Shown here piece after piece: positions 17,294 to 25,746 of a DNA stretch of 35,115 nt. The stretch is from NCBI GenBank assembly GCA_945865865.1, contig CAMBEX010000003.1, positions 1-35,115 of the forward strand, given 5' to 3'. How positions within the stretch are numbered: the stretch's first letter is position 1; every line of letters starts with the position of its first letter. This DNA comes from Bdellovibrio sp. ZAP7 (GTDB taxonomy: Bacteria > Bdellovibrionota > UBA1018). Both the position numbers and the translations under genes were made by a program. Under the pieces are notes generated by a model. That model was given only the letters and a program-made list of their open reading frames with translations, was not told the origin of the DNA and did no database searches.

Positions 17294-18325
17294 TCACTCT
17301 CCCCCGTCATCCGCCATCCCGAGTTTCGAGAGGCGATATCGAATACTCCTAAAAGTAATCCCTAAAAGTTCGGCCGCCTTTTTTTTGACTCCGCCTGAGT
17401 GCTCGATGGCTTTCATCAAATACATCCGCTCGATTTCTCCCAAGACCGAGTCGAGGCTGACAGGCCCGCCCGCAAAATCCGGTGCGGCCACTTCTAAAAC
17501 CACCCGAGATGACGATGCGGACGATTGCCCACTTGCGGCGGGTTTTTGGCTAGAAATTACGCCTGCTCTCGCAACGGCGTCCGGTAAAGCGCTCAGACTC
17601 ACCCTCACTCCACTCTCCAAGGTCACCGCGCGTTCGATCACGTTCTCGAGTTCGCGCACGTTGCCCGGCCACGGATAATTTTCGATTGCGGCAAGGGCGT
17701 CGGACTCAAAACCATCGAGCTCCCGCGAAAACTTTTCTGTAAATCGCTTCAAAAAACTCCGCGCTAAAAGACCCACGTCCCCTTTGCGCTCGCGCAAAGG
17801 CGGCGTCGTGATCAAGATCACATTAAGGCGGTAAAAAAGATCCTCGCGAAAAGTGCCCTTGGCGACCGCCGCTGCTAAATCTCGATTGGTGGCGGCCACA
17901 ATTCTGGCATCCACGCGAACGTCATCGTTTCCACCGACCTTGCGGATGACTCGTTCTTGTAACGCGCGCAAAAGCTTGACCTGCATGGAGAGCGGCAGCT
18001 CACCCACCTCATCCAAAAAAAGCGTGCCGCCGTTTGCGGCCTCGAAAAGCCCCTGTTTGTCGGAGATCGCTCCGGTAAAACTCCCGCGCTTGTGCCCGAA
18101 CATCTCGCTTTCGATTAAAGTCTCGGGGATCGCGCCGCAATTTACAGGGATAAACGGCTTGCCATTGAGCGGTCCAGACTCATGAAGCATCCGAGCGACG
18201 AGCTCTTTGCCAGTCCCGCTCTCACCGATGATTAAAACGTTGCTCTGTGAGGGAGCAACACGCGCGATAAACTTCAAAAGATCTTTAACGGCAGGCGATT
18301 CACCGAGGATCTTACGCGGTTTCAC
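17294..18325 (-). CDS. pilR: Sigma54 enhancer-binding protein, PilR-like, lacking a receiver domain
   Basis: GESGTGKE, GSFTGA loop, LFLDEVGE, FREDLFYRLN, WPGNVRELEN, Fis-type HTH (AAELLGITFRSIRYRL); GTG start overlaps the pilC stop. Confidence 0.85.
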   Translation of the reverse strand: MKPRKILGESPAVKDLLKFIARVAPSQSNVLIIGESGTGKELVARMLHESGPLNGKPFIPVNCGAIPETLIESEMFGHKRGSFTGAISDKQGLFEAANGGTLFLDEVGELPLSMQVKLLRALQERVIRKVGGNDDVRVDARIVAATNRDLAAAVAKGTFREDLFYRLNVILITTPPLRERKGDVGLLARSFLKRFTEKFSRELDGFESDALAAIENYPWPGNVRELENVIERAVTLESGVRVSLSALPDAVARAGVISSQKPAASGQSSASSSRVVLEVAAPDFAGGPVSLDSVLGEIERMYLMKAIEHSGGVKKKAAELLGITFRSIRYRLSKLGMADDGGE

Positions 18326-19539
18326 TCTACGCCTCCTGCCATCTTGAACATCGGAAGGTACATGGCCACCATCATCCCGGCGACCGCTCCGCCAAGAACC
18401 ACCAAAATCAAGGGCTCGATCATCTTGCCGATATTGCTGACCACCGACTCGATCTCGGCTTCGTAAAAATCCGCGACCTTCTCTAACATCTTGTCGAGGT
18501 TACCGGTGGCCTCACCCACGCCGATCATCTGAACAGCCATACGCGGAAAAACGGTCATCTTGCTGACCACCATTCCAAGAGTTTTTCCGGACTCAATCTC
18601 GGGCCTGATTTTAACGATCTCATTTTCGAGCACCACATTGTCAGCGGTGGTGCGCGCGATCTCGATGGCGTCAATCAAGTTAACGCCCGCAGCCAACAAC
18701 GTCTGGAGTGTGCGCGAAAAAGCCGCGACCCCGCTTTTTTGAATGAGATCTCCAAACAGAGGCAGTCGATACAGCAACCGATCCCGCGCCGCGCGCCCCT
18801 CGGGAGTTTGTAAAAACCGGATCAGCAAAAAGGCCACCACGCCCGCACCGATCAAGATCTGCCACATATTGTCGCCCAGAAAATGTGACGCGTTGATGAC
18901 GAGCTGAGTGGGAAGCGGCAGCCCCTCTTTGGTATTGGCCAACATCTGCTCAAACTTCGGGATTACAAACGTGAGCATGGCCCAAACCACAAGCACACCC
19001 ACCGATGTTACGGCGGCGGGATAAATCAGCGCGCCTTTGACCATTCGGCGCAATCTCTCAGAGTCCTCAAGATAACGGGTGAGGCGCTTAAGGACGGTGT
19101 CCAGGCTCCCCGACGACTCGCCTGCGCGAATCAGCGCGACATAGATTTTTGAAAATGCCTTGGGATAGGCCGCCAGAGTCTCCCAAAAAAAGGATCCCTG
19201 AGAAACACGGTCCTTGACCACCGCCAAGATGCGCTTGAGATTGGGATCACTCGTTTGATCGGATAGAATTTCAAGACCCTGAATGAGTGGAATGCCGGAG
19301 CCGATCATTACTTGAAGTTGGCGCGTAAAGATGATCCGACTCTTGAGGTCGAGTGAGGGCGAACCCCCGCTCAACAAACTTTTGAGATCCGTATTGAGCG
19401 CACGTTTTTTGGCAATTCGAGTCGGGCGGACGCCTTGCCCGCGCAACATCATGCGCACCTCACCTTCGTTTCCAGAGGAGACGGATCCTGAGACTTTTTT
19501 TCCGGTGCGATCGATGCCCTGGTATTCGAAATCAGCCAT
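18322..19539 (-). CDS. pilC: Type IV pilus platform protein PilC
   Basis: FTRQLQVMIGSGIPL, AGESSGSLD, GEATGNLDKMLEKVADFYE, AMYLPMF. Confidence 0.95.
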   Translation of the reverse strand: MADFEYQGIDRTGKKVSGSVSSGNEGEVRMMLRGQGVRPTRIAKKRALNTDLKSLLSGGSPSLDLKSRIIFTRQLQVMIGSGIPLIQGLEILSDQTSDPNLKRILAVVKDRVSQGSFFWETLAAYPKAFSKIYVALIRAGESSGSLDTVLKRLTRYLEDSERLRRMVKGALIYPAAVTSVGVLVVWAMLTFVIPKFEQMLANTKEGLPLPTQLVINASHFLGDNMWQILIGAGVVAFLLIRFLQTPEGRAARDRLLYRLPLFGDLIQKSGVAAFSRTLQTLLAAGVNLIDAIEIARTTADNVVLENEIVKIRPEIESGKTLGMVVSKMTVFPRMAVQMIGVGEATGNLDKMLEKVADFYEAEIESVVSNIGKMIEPLILVVLGGAVAGMMVAMYLPMFKMAGGVE

Positions 19540-19545
19540 TTTTCG

Positions 19546-20622
19546 TTATCCCTGGAGCGCTCCGAGCATTTTGGTGAGCTCATCGGGCATGGACGAATTT
19601 TCGATCGCGTCCGCCTTGGAGAGGTGCCCTTGCTGAACCAGTGTCATGAGGCTCTGGTTCATCGTGCTCATCCCGCTCTCACCCTGTCCGGTTTGCATCG
19701 CGCTGTAAATCTGGTGGAGCTTGTCCTCGCGAATCAGATTTTTGATGGCCATGTTGGGGACCAGCACCTCACACGCCATCGTGCGCCCAGGTTGAAAGCT
19801 CTTGGGGATGAGTTGCTGCGAAACAATGGCCTGCAAAGTAAATGAAAGCACCTGGCGCACCTGACCCTGTTGATGCGGGGGAAAAACGTTGATGATTCGG
19901 TTTACAGATTGAACCGCGCTATTGGTATGCAAAGTCGCAAAGACCAGGTGCCCGGTTTCTGCCATGGTGAGCGCCATCTCGATCGTCTCCACGTCACGCA
20001 GCTCTCCGACTAGGATAAAGTCCGGGTCCTGCCGAAGGACACGTTTGAGTGCATGTCCGAAGCCTTTGGTATCCACACCGATCTCGCGCTGATTGACGAT
20101 GCAGTTTTTGTGAGCGTGGACAAACTCGATGGGATCTTCGACCGTAAGAATGTGACCAAACTCCTCACGGTTGAGGATATCCAGGAGCGACGCGAGTGAA
20201 GTCGACTTGCCGCTTCCCGTAGGGCCGGTCACTAAAATCAAACCGTTGGGACGTCTGATGATTTTCTTGAGCACCTGAGGCAGTTTGAGCTGGTCAAATT
20301 CTGGAATCTGAAACGGAATGCGCCTGAACACGGCAGCCACTCCTCCACGCTGATAAAACATATTGGCGCGAAAGCGCGCGATGTCTTTGATGCCAAACGA
20401 AAAGTCGATCTCAAGGCTTTTTTCGAGCTCACTTTTTTGAGCGTCCGTCAAAACCGAGTAGCAAAGCTCTTTGGTGTCCTGGTTGGTCAGGTTTTCGCCG
20501 CGGACCTTGACCATTTTGCCTAAAATTCGAAACTGCGGCGGTACCCCCACCGTAATGTGCAAATCCGATGCATCCTGTTCGACCATGGCCTTGAGATAGG
20601 CCGCCAATCCCACTTTGCTCAT
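19546..20622 (-). CDS. pilT: Pilus retraction ATPase PilT
   Basis: ASDLHITVG, GPTGSGKST, EDPIEF, LRQDPD, AETGHLVFATLHTN, AIKNLIRE; ATG 20622. Confidence 0.95.
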   Translation of the reverse strand: MSKVGLAAYLKAMVEQDASDLHITVGVPPQFRILGKMVKVRGENLTNQDTKELCYSVLTDAQKSELEKSLEIDFSFGIKDIARFRANMFYQRGGVAAVFRRIPFQIPEFDQLKLPQVLKKIIRRPNGLILVTGPTGSGKSTSLASLLDILNREEFGHILTVEDPIEFVHAHKNCIVNQREIGVDTKGFGHALKRVLRQDPDFILVGELRDVETIEMALTMAETGHLVFATLHTNSAVQSVNRIINVFPPHQQGQVRQVLSFTLQAIVSQQLIPKSFQPGRTMACEVLVPNMAIKNLIREDKLHQIYSAMQTGQGESGMSTMNQSLMTLVQQGHLSKADAIENSSMPDELTKMLGALQG

Positions 20623-20623
20623 T

Positions 20624-22327
20624 TTACGTCTCCATTGTGAGTGCGACAGCCTCTTCAAGAGAGGTCTTGCCCTCGCCCACTTTACTCAGTGCGGACATTC
20701 TAAGTGTTTTCATGCCTTCTTTGACCGCCTGGCGCTTGATCTCCAAAACGTTTGCGCCCGCCAAGACCATTTCTTTGAGGGTCGTACTGAATTCAAAAAC
20801 CTCGTACACCGCGATACGTCCCTTGTAGCCCGAGTTGTTACACTTGGGGCAGCCCGCCCCTTTCATGCACACCATCGAGCTTGCCTCGGCATCTGGAATC
20901 CCCAGCTCGACGAGTTTCGAAACCGGAATGGACTGCGGGGCTTTGCAGCTCTGGCAGAGGGATCTGAGCAAGCGCTGCGCGACAATGGTGTTGAGTGAGG
21001 CAACGATGAGAAACGGCTCGATTCCCATGTTCATGAGACGGGTGATGGTACTCGGCGCATCGTTGGTGTGCAGCGTGGATAAAACCAGATGTCCCGTCAA
21101 TGACGCTTGCACCGCGACTTCGGCGGTCTCGTAGTCTCGAATTTCCCCCACCAAGATCGTATCTGGATCCTGACGAAGCAACGTGCGAAGAACACTGGCA
21201 AAGGTCAGCCCGATTTCTTTTTGCACTTGGACCTGATTGATCCCTTCGAGATTGTATTCGACGGGATCTTCGACAGTGGAGAGATTGTCTGACACCGTGT
21301 TGAGTTCTTTTAAGGCCGAGTAAAGTGTTGTCGTTTTTCCGCTACCCGTGGGTCCGGTGACGAGCACCATGCCATTGGGCGCGTAAATTCCTTTTTTGAA
21401 AACTTCAAGCTGCCTCGCTTCAAACCCGAGCTTTGTCATGTCGAGTTGAAGGTTCCCTTTGTTGAGCTGACGAAGCACGACCTTTTCGCCAAAAATAGTG
21501 GGCATCGTGCTCACGCGAAAATCGACTTCTTGATTTCCCATCTTAAGCTTGATGCGTCCATCTTGCGGAATACGGCTCTCGGCAATATCCATGCGGGACA
21601 TGATCTTGAGTCGTGCGGTGACCGCGCGCCGCATTTCGAGCGGAACCTCGGTGACCTCCTGCATGGTGCCGTCGATTCGCATCCGGACGCGAACTCGTTT
21701 TTCGTAGGGCTCCAGATGAACGTCACTGGCCATCCGCCTGACCTGCTCAGTAAGAATTCCGTTTACGAAGGAAATCACGGGCGCGTCGATATCATGTCCC
21801 GCATCCACGTCATGGACCTGAACGAGCTCCACGGAAATTCCGCCGTCCGCGGTGCCTGATTTTTTGTCAGCCTTGAACTGCTCAACCACCGAGCTGACCG
21901 AAGCCATCCCGCCATAGTATTTTTGAAGCGCGGCATCGTAAGCCGAGTAAGAGGTCAGTACCGCCTCCACGTTGCGCTTGACCACGAACTTTAAATCTTC
22001 GATCTTGCTCATGTTCGTGGGATCGCACAGAGCGACGACCAGGACGCCCTCATTGGACTGAATCGGAATCGCCCCGCACTTTCGCACGAGTTCGGCTGAA
22101 ACCATCTGGAGAACTTCGGGCGTGACTTCGAACTTGGCCAAATTCACGCTCGGAAGGCCAAATTTTTGGCCAAGATAATAAAGAAGTTTGACCTCGGCGA
22201 CGTGCTTGCTCTCGATCAGCGCGCGAACGATGCTCTTGCCGTTCTTGGCTGCCTCAACGGCCTCAGCAAACTGAGCCGTCGTGATGATCCTATCTTTGAC
22301 TAAGAGCTCGGCAAGCTGGCGCGACAT
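20624..22327 (-). CDS. pilB: Pilus extension ATPase PilB
   Basis: ASDVHLEP, PQDGR, GPTGSGKTTTLY, LRQDPD, tetracysteine CQSC/CPKC motif. Confidence 0.96.
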   Translation of the reverse strand: MSRQLAELLVKDRIITTAQFAEAVEAAKNGKSIVRALIESKHVAEVKLLYYLGQKFGLPSVNLAKFEVTPEVLQMVSAELVRKCGAIPIQSNEGVLVVALCDPTNMSKIEDLKFVVKRNVEAVLTSYSAYDAALQKYYGGMASVSSVVEQFKADKKSGTADGGISVELVQVHDVDAGHDIDAPVISFVNGILTEQVRRMASDVHLEPYEKRVRVRMRIDGTMQEVTEVPLEMRRAVTARLKIMSRMDIAESRIPQDGRIKLKMGNQEVDFRVSTMPTIFGEKVVLRQLNKGNLQLDMTKLGFEARQLEVFKKGIYAPNGMVLVTGPTGSGKTTTLYSALKELNTVSDNLSTVEDPVEYNLEGINQVQVQKEIGLTFASVLRTLLRQDPDTILVGEIRDYETAEVAVQASLTGHLVLSTLHTNDAPSTITRLMNMGIEPFLIVASLNTIVAQRLLRSLCQSCKAPQSIPVSKLVELGIPDAEASSMVCMKGAGCPKCNNSGYKGRIAVYEVFEFSTTLKEMVLAGANVLEIKRQAVKEGMKTLRMSALSKVGEGKTSLEEAVALTMET

Positions 22328-22363
22328 TCTGTCCTCGTCCGGGTAAAATTGAACAACGGATGT

Positions 22364-22395
22364 TTAATTTTTAAGGCGATGACAAATTTTGTCAA
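22364..22395 (-). promoter_or_regulatory. Putative pilB promoter (TTGACA-N16-TAAAAATTAA) overlapped by palindrome TGACAAA-T-TTTGTCA
   Basis: Perfect -35 at 22395-22390; 15-bp palindrome at 22380-22394. Confidence 0.55.
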
Positions 22396-22441
22396 GGTGA
22401 CAGAGGCTGCGAAGAGAGGGACATTTCTGAAAGTATCGAGT

Positions 22442-23395
22442 TCAGCGTGAAAGAATGGCGCGCGCGCGTGCAACGTCGTCAGCAATCTGGCGTTTGAGGG
22501 CTTCGGCGCCACTAAACTGCCGCTCCTCGCGGAGCCGCTCAACAAAACGGACTTCGATCTCACCCCCATAGAGATTGGTCACTGGGCGTGCATCATCCGA
22601 GCTGAGAATGTGCGTTTCAACGAGAGGCTCGAGCTGCGATGGATTTCGTAAATCCTCAAACGTGGGACGAACCCCCACGTTGGTCACGCTGAAAAAAATC
22701 GATCCGTCGACCTTTGATCGCGTGGCGTAGACGCCCAAGGGAAGCAAGAGCTTGTCAGGCACCTGGATATTTGCAGTCGGAAAACCCAGACCAGCGCCCC
22801 GACCCGCCCCATGCATGACCTGACCCCGGTAATAAAAATCCTGTCCCATGAGTTTCGAGGCTGCACGAAGATCGCCCGAGTTCAGGAGGGCCCGAATCCT
22901 CGAACTCGACACCACCTCTCCTGAGATCTGAAAGGGCGGAACGACCTCAAGCTGTATACCCGCCTTTGAGCAGTGCGTGCGGAGCGTGTCCAAATGTCCT
23001 TCGCGCGCGCGACCGAAACTGAAATCATGTCCCACGACGATGACCTCCGCTCCAAGCTGCCCTCTGAGCACCGACTCAAAAAACTCTTGTGCTGAAACTG
23101 CAGCAAAATCCCTGGTAAAGGCTTGCTCAACGACTTGATCCAGGCCGCATTCTCGAAGTCTCGAAACCTTTTCGTCGTAAGTCAGCAGAAGCGGCGGGCA
23201 CGACTCCGGTCTGAGCACTGCTTGCGGGTGGGGCCTGAAGGTGACAGCGACCGCGTCCAGCTTGTGCGCGCGGGCCAGCTGAACCGTCAGATCGATAATC
23301 TTTTGATGACCGAGATGTACTCCGTCAAAATTACCAATCGTGACCGCGGCTCGTTGTGTCTTCACTGAAACACTCACATCTTCCGTCTGCTTCAC
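22442..23395 (-). CDS. ribF: Bifunctional riboflavin kinase/FAD synthetase
   Basis: IGNFDGVHLGHQ, VGHDFSFG, VSSSRIR, LGFPTAN, NVGVRPTF. Confidence 0.96.
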   Translation of the reverse strand: MKQTEDVSVSVKTQRAAVTIGNFDGVHLGHQKIIDLTVQLARAHKLDAVAVTFRPHPQAVLRPESCPPLLLTYDEKVSRLRECGLDQVVEQAFTRDFAAVSAQEFFESVLRGQLGAEVIVVGHDFSFGRAREGHLDTLRTHCSKAGIQLEVVPPFQISGEVVSSSRIRALLNSGDLRAASKLMGQDFYYRGQVMHGAGRGAGLGFPTANIQVPDKLLLPLGVYATRSKVDGSIFFSVTNVGVRPTFEDLRNPSQLEPLVETHILSSDDARPVTNLYGGEIEVRFVERLREERQFSGAEALKRQIADDVARARAILSR

Positions 23396-25620
23396 GACAA
23401 AAAGAGCATCTCGCGATACTTGGGCAGCGGCCAGTAATCATCCGCCACCATAGACTCGAGCTCATCTGAAAGTTTACGGACCTCAAGCATCGCCTCAGCG
23501 ACGTCACGTGACAGGCATTTTGCTTTATCTTCCTCGGACCCTAGCGACTCCACCTTTTGGGCTGCCGCCTCAAGCTGCTGGCGCTTGATTTGGAGCGACG
23601 AGATGAGCGTTCCGAGCTTACCGAGGGTTTCTGCCTGGGGAGCTGCAACTCCAGCCGCCTTCGCTGCGGCTACTGCCGAAGCAAGTGCCCCGTGATACGC
23701 GTAGCAGGCCGGAAGAATCTGCGTGTCTGCCATCAGGCGCAAGGTATCGAGCTCGATCAGCACATTTTTGATATAGCGCTCAGTTCGAACGTGAAACCTC
23801 GAGTGAACTTCAGCTTCGCTGAAAATTCCCATCGACGTCAGCATCTGAACTGATTTGGGAGCCATGAGCTGAGCAAGTGCTTCAGGCGTTTTTCGGAGAT
23901 TTAAGAGTCCCCGCTTTTCGGCCTCTTTTACCCACTCTTCGGAGTAATTGTTGCCCTCAAAGCGAATCGCCTTAGTTTCAGCGATCGCGTCGCGCACGAC
24001 CTCTAGGACTGCGGCCTCAGTAACCTTGGAGCCACCACATTTCTGGGTGAGCGCGGCAGTCAACTCAGAAAAACCGTCGGCGACCGCTGAGTTGACGAGC
24101 GTGACCGGAAACGCGGTCGATGCCGACGACCCCACGGCACGAAACTCAAACTTATTGCCCGTGAATGCAAACGGAGAAGTCCGGTTGCGATCGGTATTAT
24201 CCTTCATGACCTCAGGGAGCTTGCTAATGCCGAGCTTAAGCACTGCCGCCTCGACGTTTTTGTCACGTCCAGCACCTGCCTCAATCTCATTGAGAATCCG
24301 GTTGAGCAAATCGCCCAAGAAAACCGAAATGATCGCTGGAGGAGCCTCGTTGGCTCCCAGGCGGTGATCGTTTCCAGAAGACGCGATCCCTGCGCGCAAA
24401 AGCCCCGCATGTTTATGCACGCCTTTGAGCACACCCGCCAAAACCAGCAAAAAGCGTAGGTTTTGGTGCGGAGTTTTGCCAGGGTCCAAAAGATTTTCGC
24501 CGTCCAAATCAGGAGAGCTTGCAGCAATCATCATGGACCAGTTGTTGTGTTTGCCGCTGCCGTTAACTCCCGCAAAAGGTTTTTCGTGCATGAGTGCCGA
24601 AAAGTTATGCCTGAGCGCAACCTGCCGCAGCACTTCCATCACAATCTGATTGTGGTCGGTCGCGACGTTGGCCTCCTCGAAAATAGGCGCGGTTTCAAAC
24701 TGACTGGGAGCCACTTCGTTGTGCCGAGTCTTGACCGGAACACCGAGCTTATAGAGTTCGAGTTCCATCTCACTCATGAACGCCTGAGCCCGCGCAGGAA
24801 TGCTTCCGAAATAATGGTCTTCGAGCTGCTGACCCTTGGGAGGCTGTCCACCCACGAGTGTTCTTCCGGACATGGTCAAATCAGGACGAAGACTGGTGAA
24901 CGCGCGATCAATCAAAAAGTACTCTTGTTCAACCCCAAGCGTAGGGACAATGCGTTTCACACCGGTGTCGCCAATCAGATGCAAAAGTTCACAGACTTTT
25001 TGAGAGAGCACTTCCATGCTGCGGATCAGCGCCGTTTTTTCATCCAGTGCGTCTCCGTGGTAACTGATAAAGACCGACGGAACGCAGAGCGTTTTTCCGT
25101 TGGTCGCCTCGGTGATGAATACCGGGCTCGAAGGGTCCCAGGCGGTGTAACCGCGGGCTTCGAAAGTGGTTCGCATTCCGCCCGAAGGAAAACTCGAGGC
25201 ATCTGGCTCACTCTGAATCAGCTGAGAGCCCGAAAATTTTTCGATCACTCGGGAGTGTTCGTCAAAGCTGATAAAGGCATCGTGCTTCTCGGCAGTCAAA
25301 CCCGTCTGCGGCTGAAACCAGTGACAGAAGTGAGTGGCGCCGCGCTCAAGCGCCCATTCTTTTATGGCGTGAGCGACGGTGTTCGCGATTTCTTGATCGA
25401 GTTTTTTTCCGGTTTGAATGGTTGAAAAAAGCTTGCTGTAAACTTCTTTTGGAAGTTTTTCGCGCATCTGGTGGATGTCAAAAGTGTTGGTGCCGAAGTA
25501 CTCAGAAATCTTCAGCGGCCTTCCGTTCTCGTCGGCTGGAAGTTCGATCTTGCGGGGTGTCCGCGAAGTGACATCACGAATTGCCTCAAACCTTGCCCTG
25601 GCGCCCGTACCCATGCTCAT
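23392..25620 (-). CDS. glnA: Glutamine synthetase type III
   Basis: 742 aa; HWFQP.TGLTAEKHD, EPDASSFPSGG, HNEVAPSQFE, HEKPFAGVNGSGKHNNWS, DRNRTSPFAFTGNKFEFR, WPLPKY. Confidence 0.95.
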   Translation of the reverse strand: MSMGTGARARFEAIRDVTSRTPRKIELPADENGRPLKISEYFGTNTFDIHQMREKLPKEVYSKLFSTIQTGKKLDQEIANTVAHAIKEWALERGATHFCHWFQPQTGLTAEKHDAFISFDEHSRVIEKFSGSQLIQSEPDASSFPSGGMRTTFEARGYTAWDPSSPVFITEATNGKTLCVPSVFISYHGDALDEKTALIRSMEVLSQKVCELLHLIGDTGVKRIVPTLGVEQEYFLIDRAFTSLRPDLTMSGRTLVGGQPPKGQQLEDHYFGSIPARAQAFMSEMELELYKLGVPVKTRHNEVAPSQFETAPIFEEANVATDHNQIVMEVLRQVALRHNFSALMHEKPFAGVNGSGKHNNWSMMIAASSPDLDGENLLDPGKTPHQNLRFLLVLAGVLKGVHKHAGLLRAGIASSGNDHRLGANEAPPAIISVFLGDLLNRILNEIEAGAGRDKNVEAAVLKLGISKLPEVMKDNTDRNRTSPFAFTGNKFEFRAVGSSASTAFPVTLVNSAVADGFSELTAALTQKCGGSKVTEAAVLEVVRDAIAETKAIRFEGNNYSEEWVKEAEKRGLLNLRKTPEALAQLMAPKSVQMLTSMGIFSEAEVHSRFHVRTERYIKNVLIELDTLRLMADTQILPACYAYHGALASAVAAAKAAGVAAPQAETLGKLGTLISSLQIKRQQLEAAAQKVESLGSEEDKAKCLSRDVAEAMLEVRKLSDELESMVADDYWPLPKYREMLFLS

Positions 25621-25746
25621 GAGAGGTCTCCCTTTTTTGACTCGATCAATTAGTCTTACGCACTGCCATCCTCGAATTTACCGTAACATAGAGGCGCGAA
25701 ATTGGGGCAGGCGCGTTTGACCTTTTTTGGGAGTGCCCGCGAAAAC

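Noticed and set aside
24463-25425. Long antisense ORFs (also 2288-2965, 5178-5798, 31734-32285)
   Set aside because: Shadows of well-conserved genes with no independent motifs.
25621-25746. Possible glutamine riboswitch upstream of glnA (CAAAAAAGG twice, CGCGCCT twice)
   Set aside because: No recognisable riboswitch fold; repeats too short to support a call.
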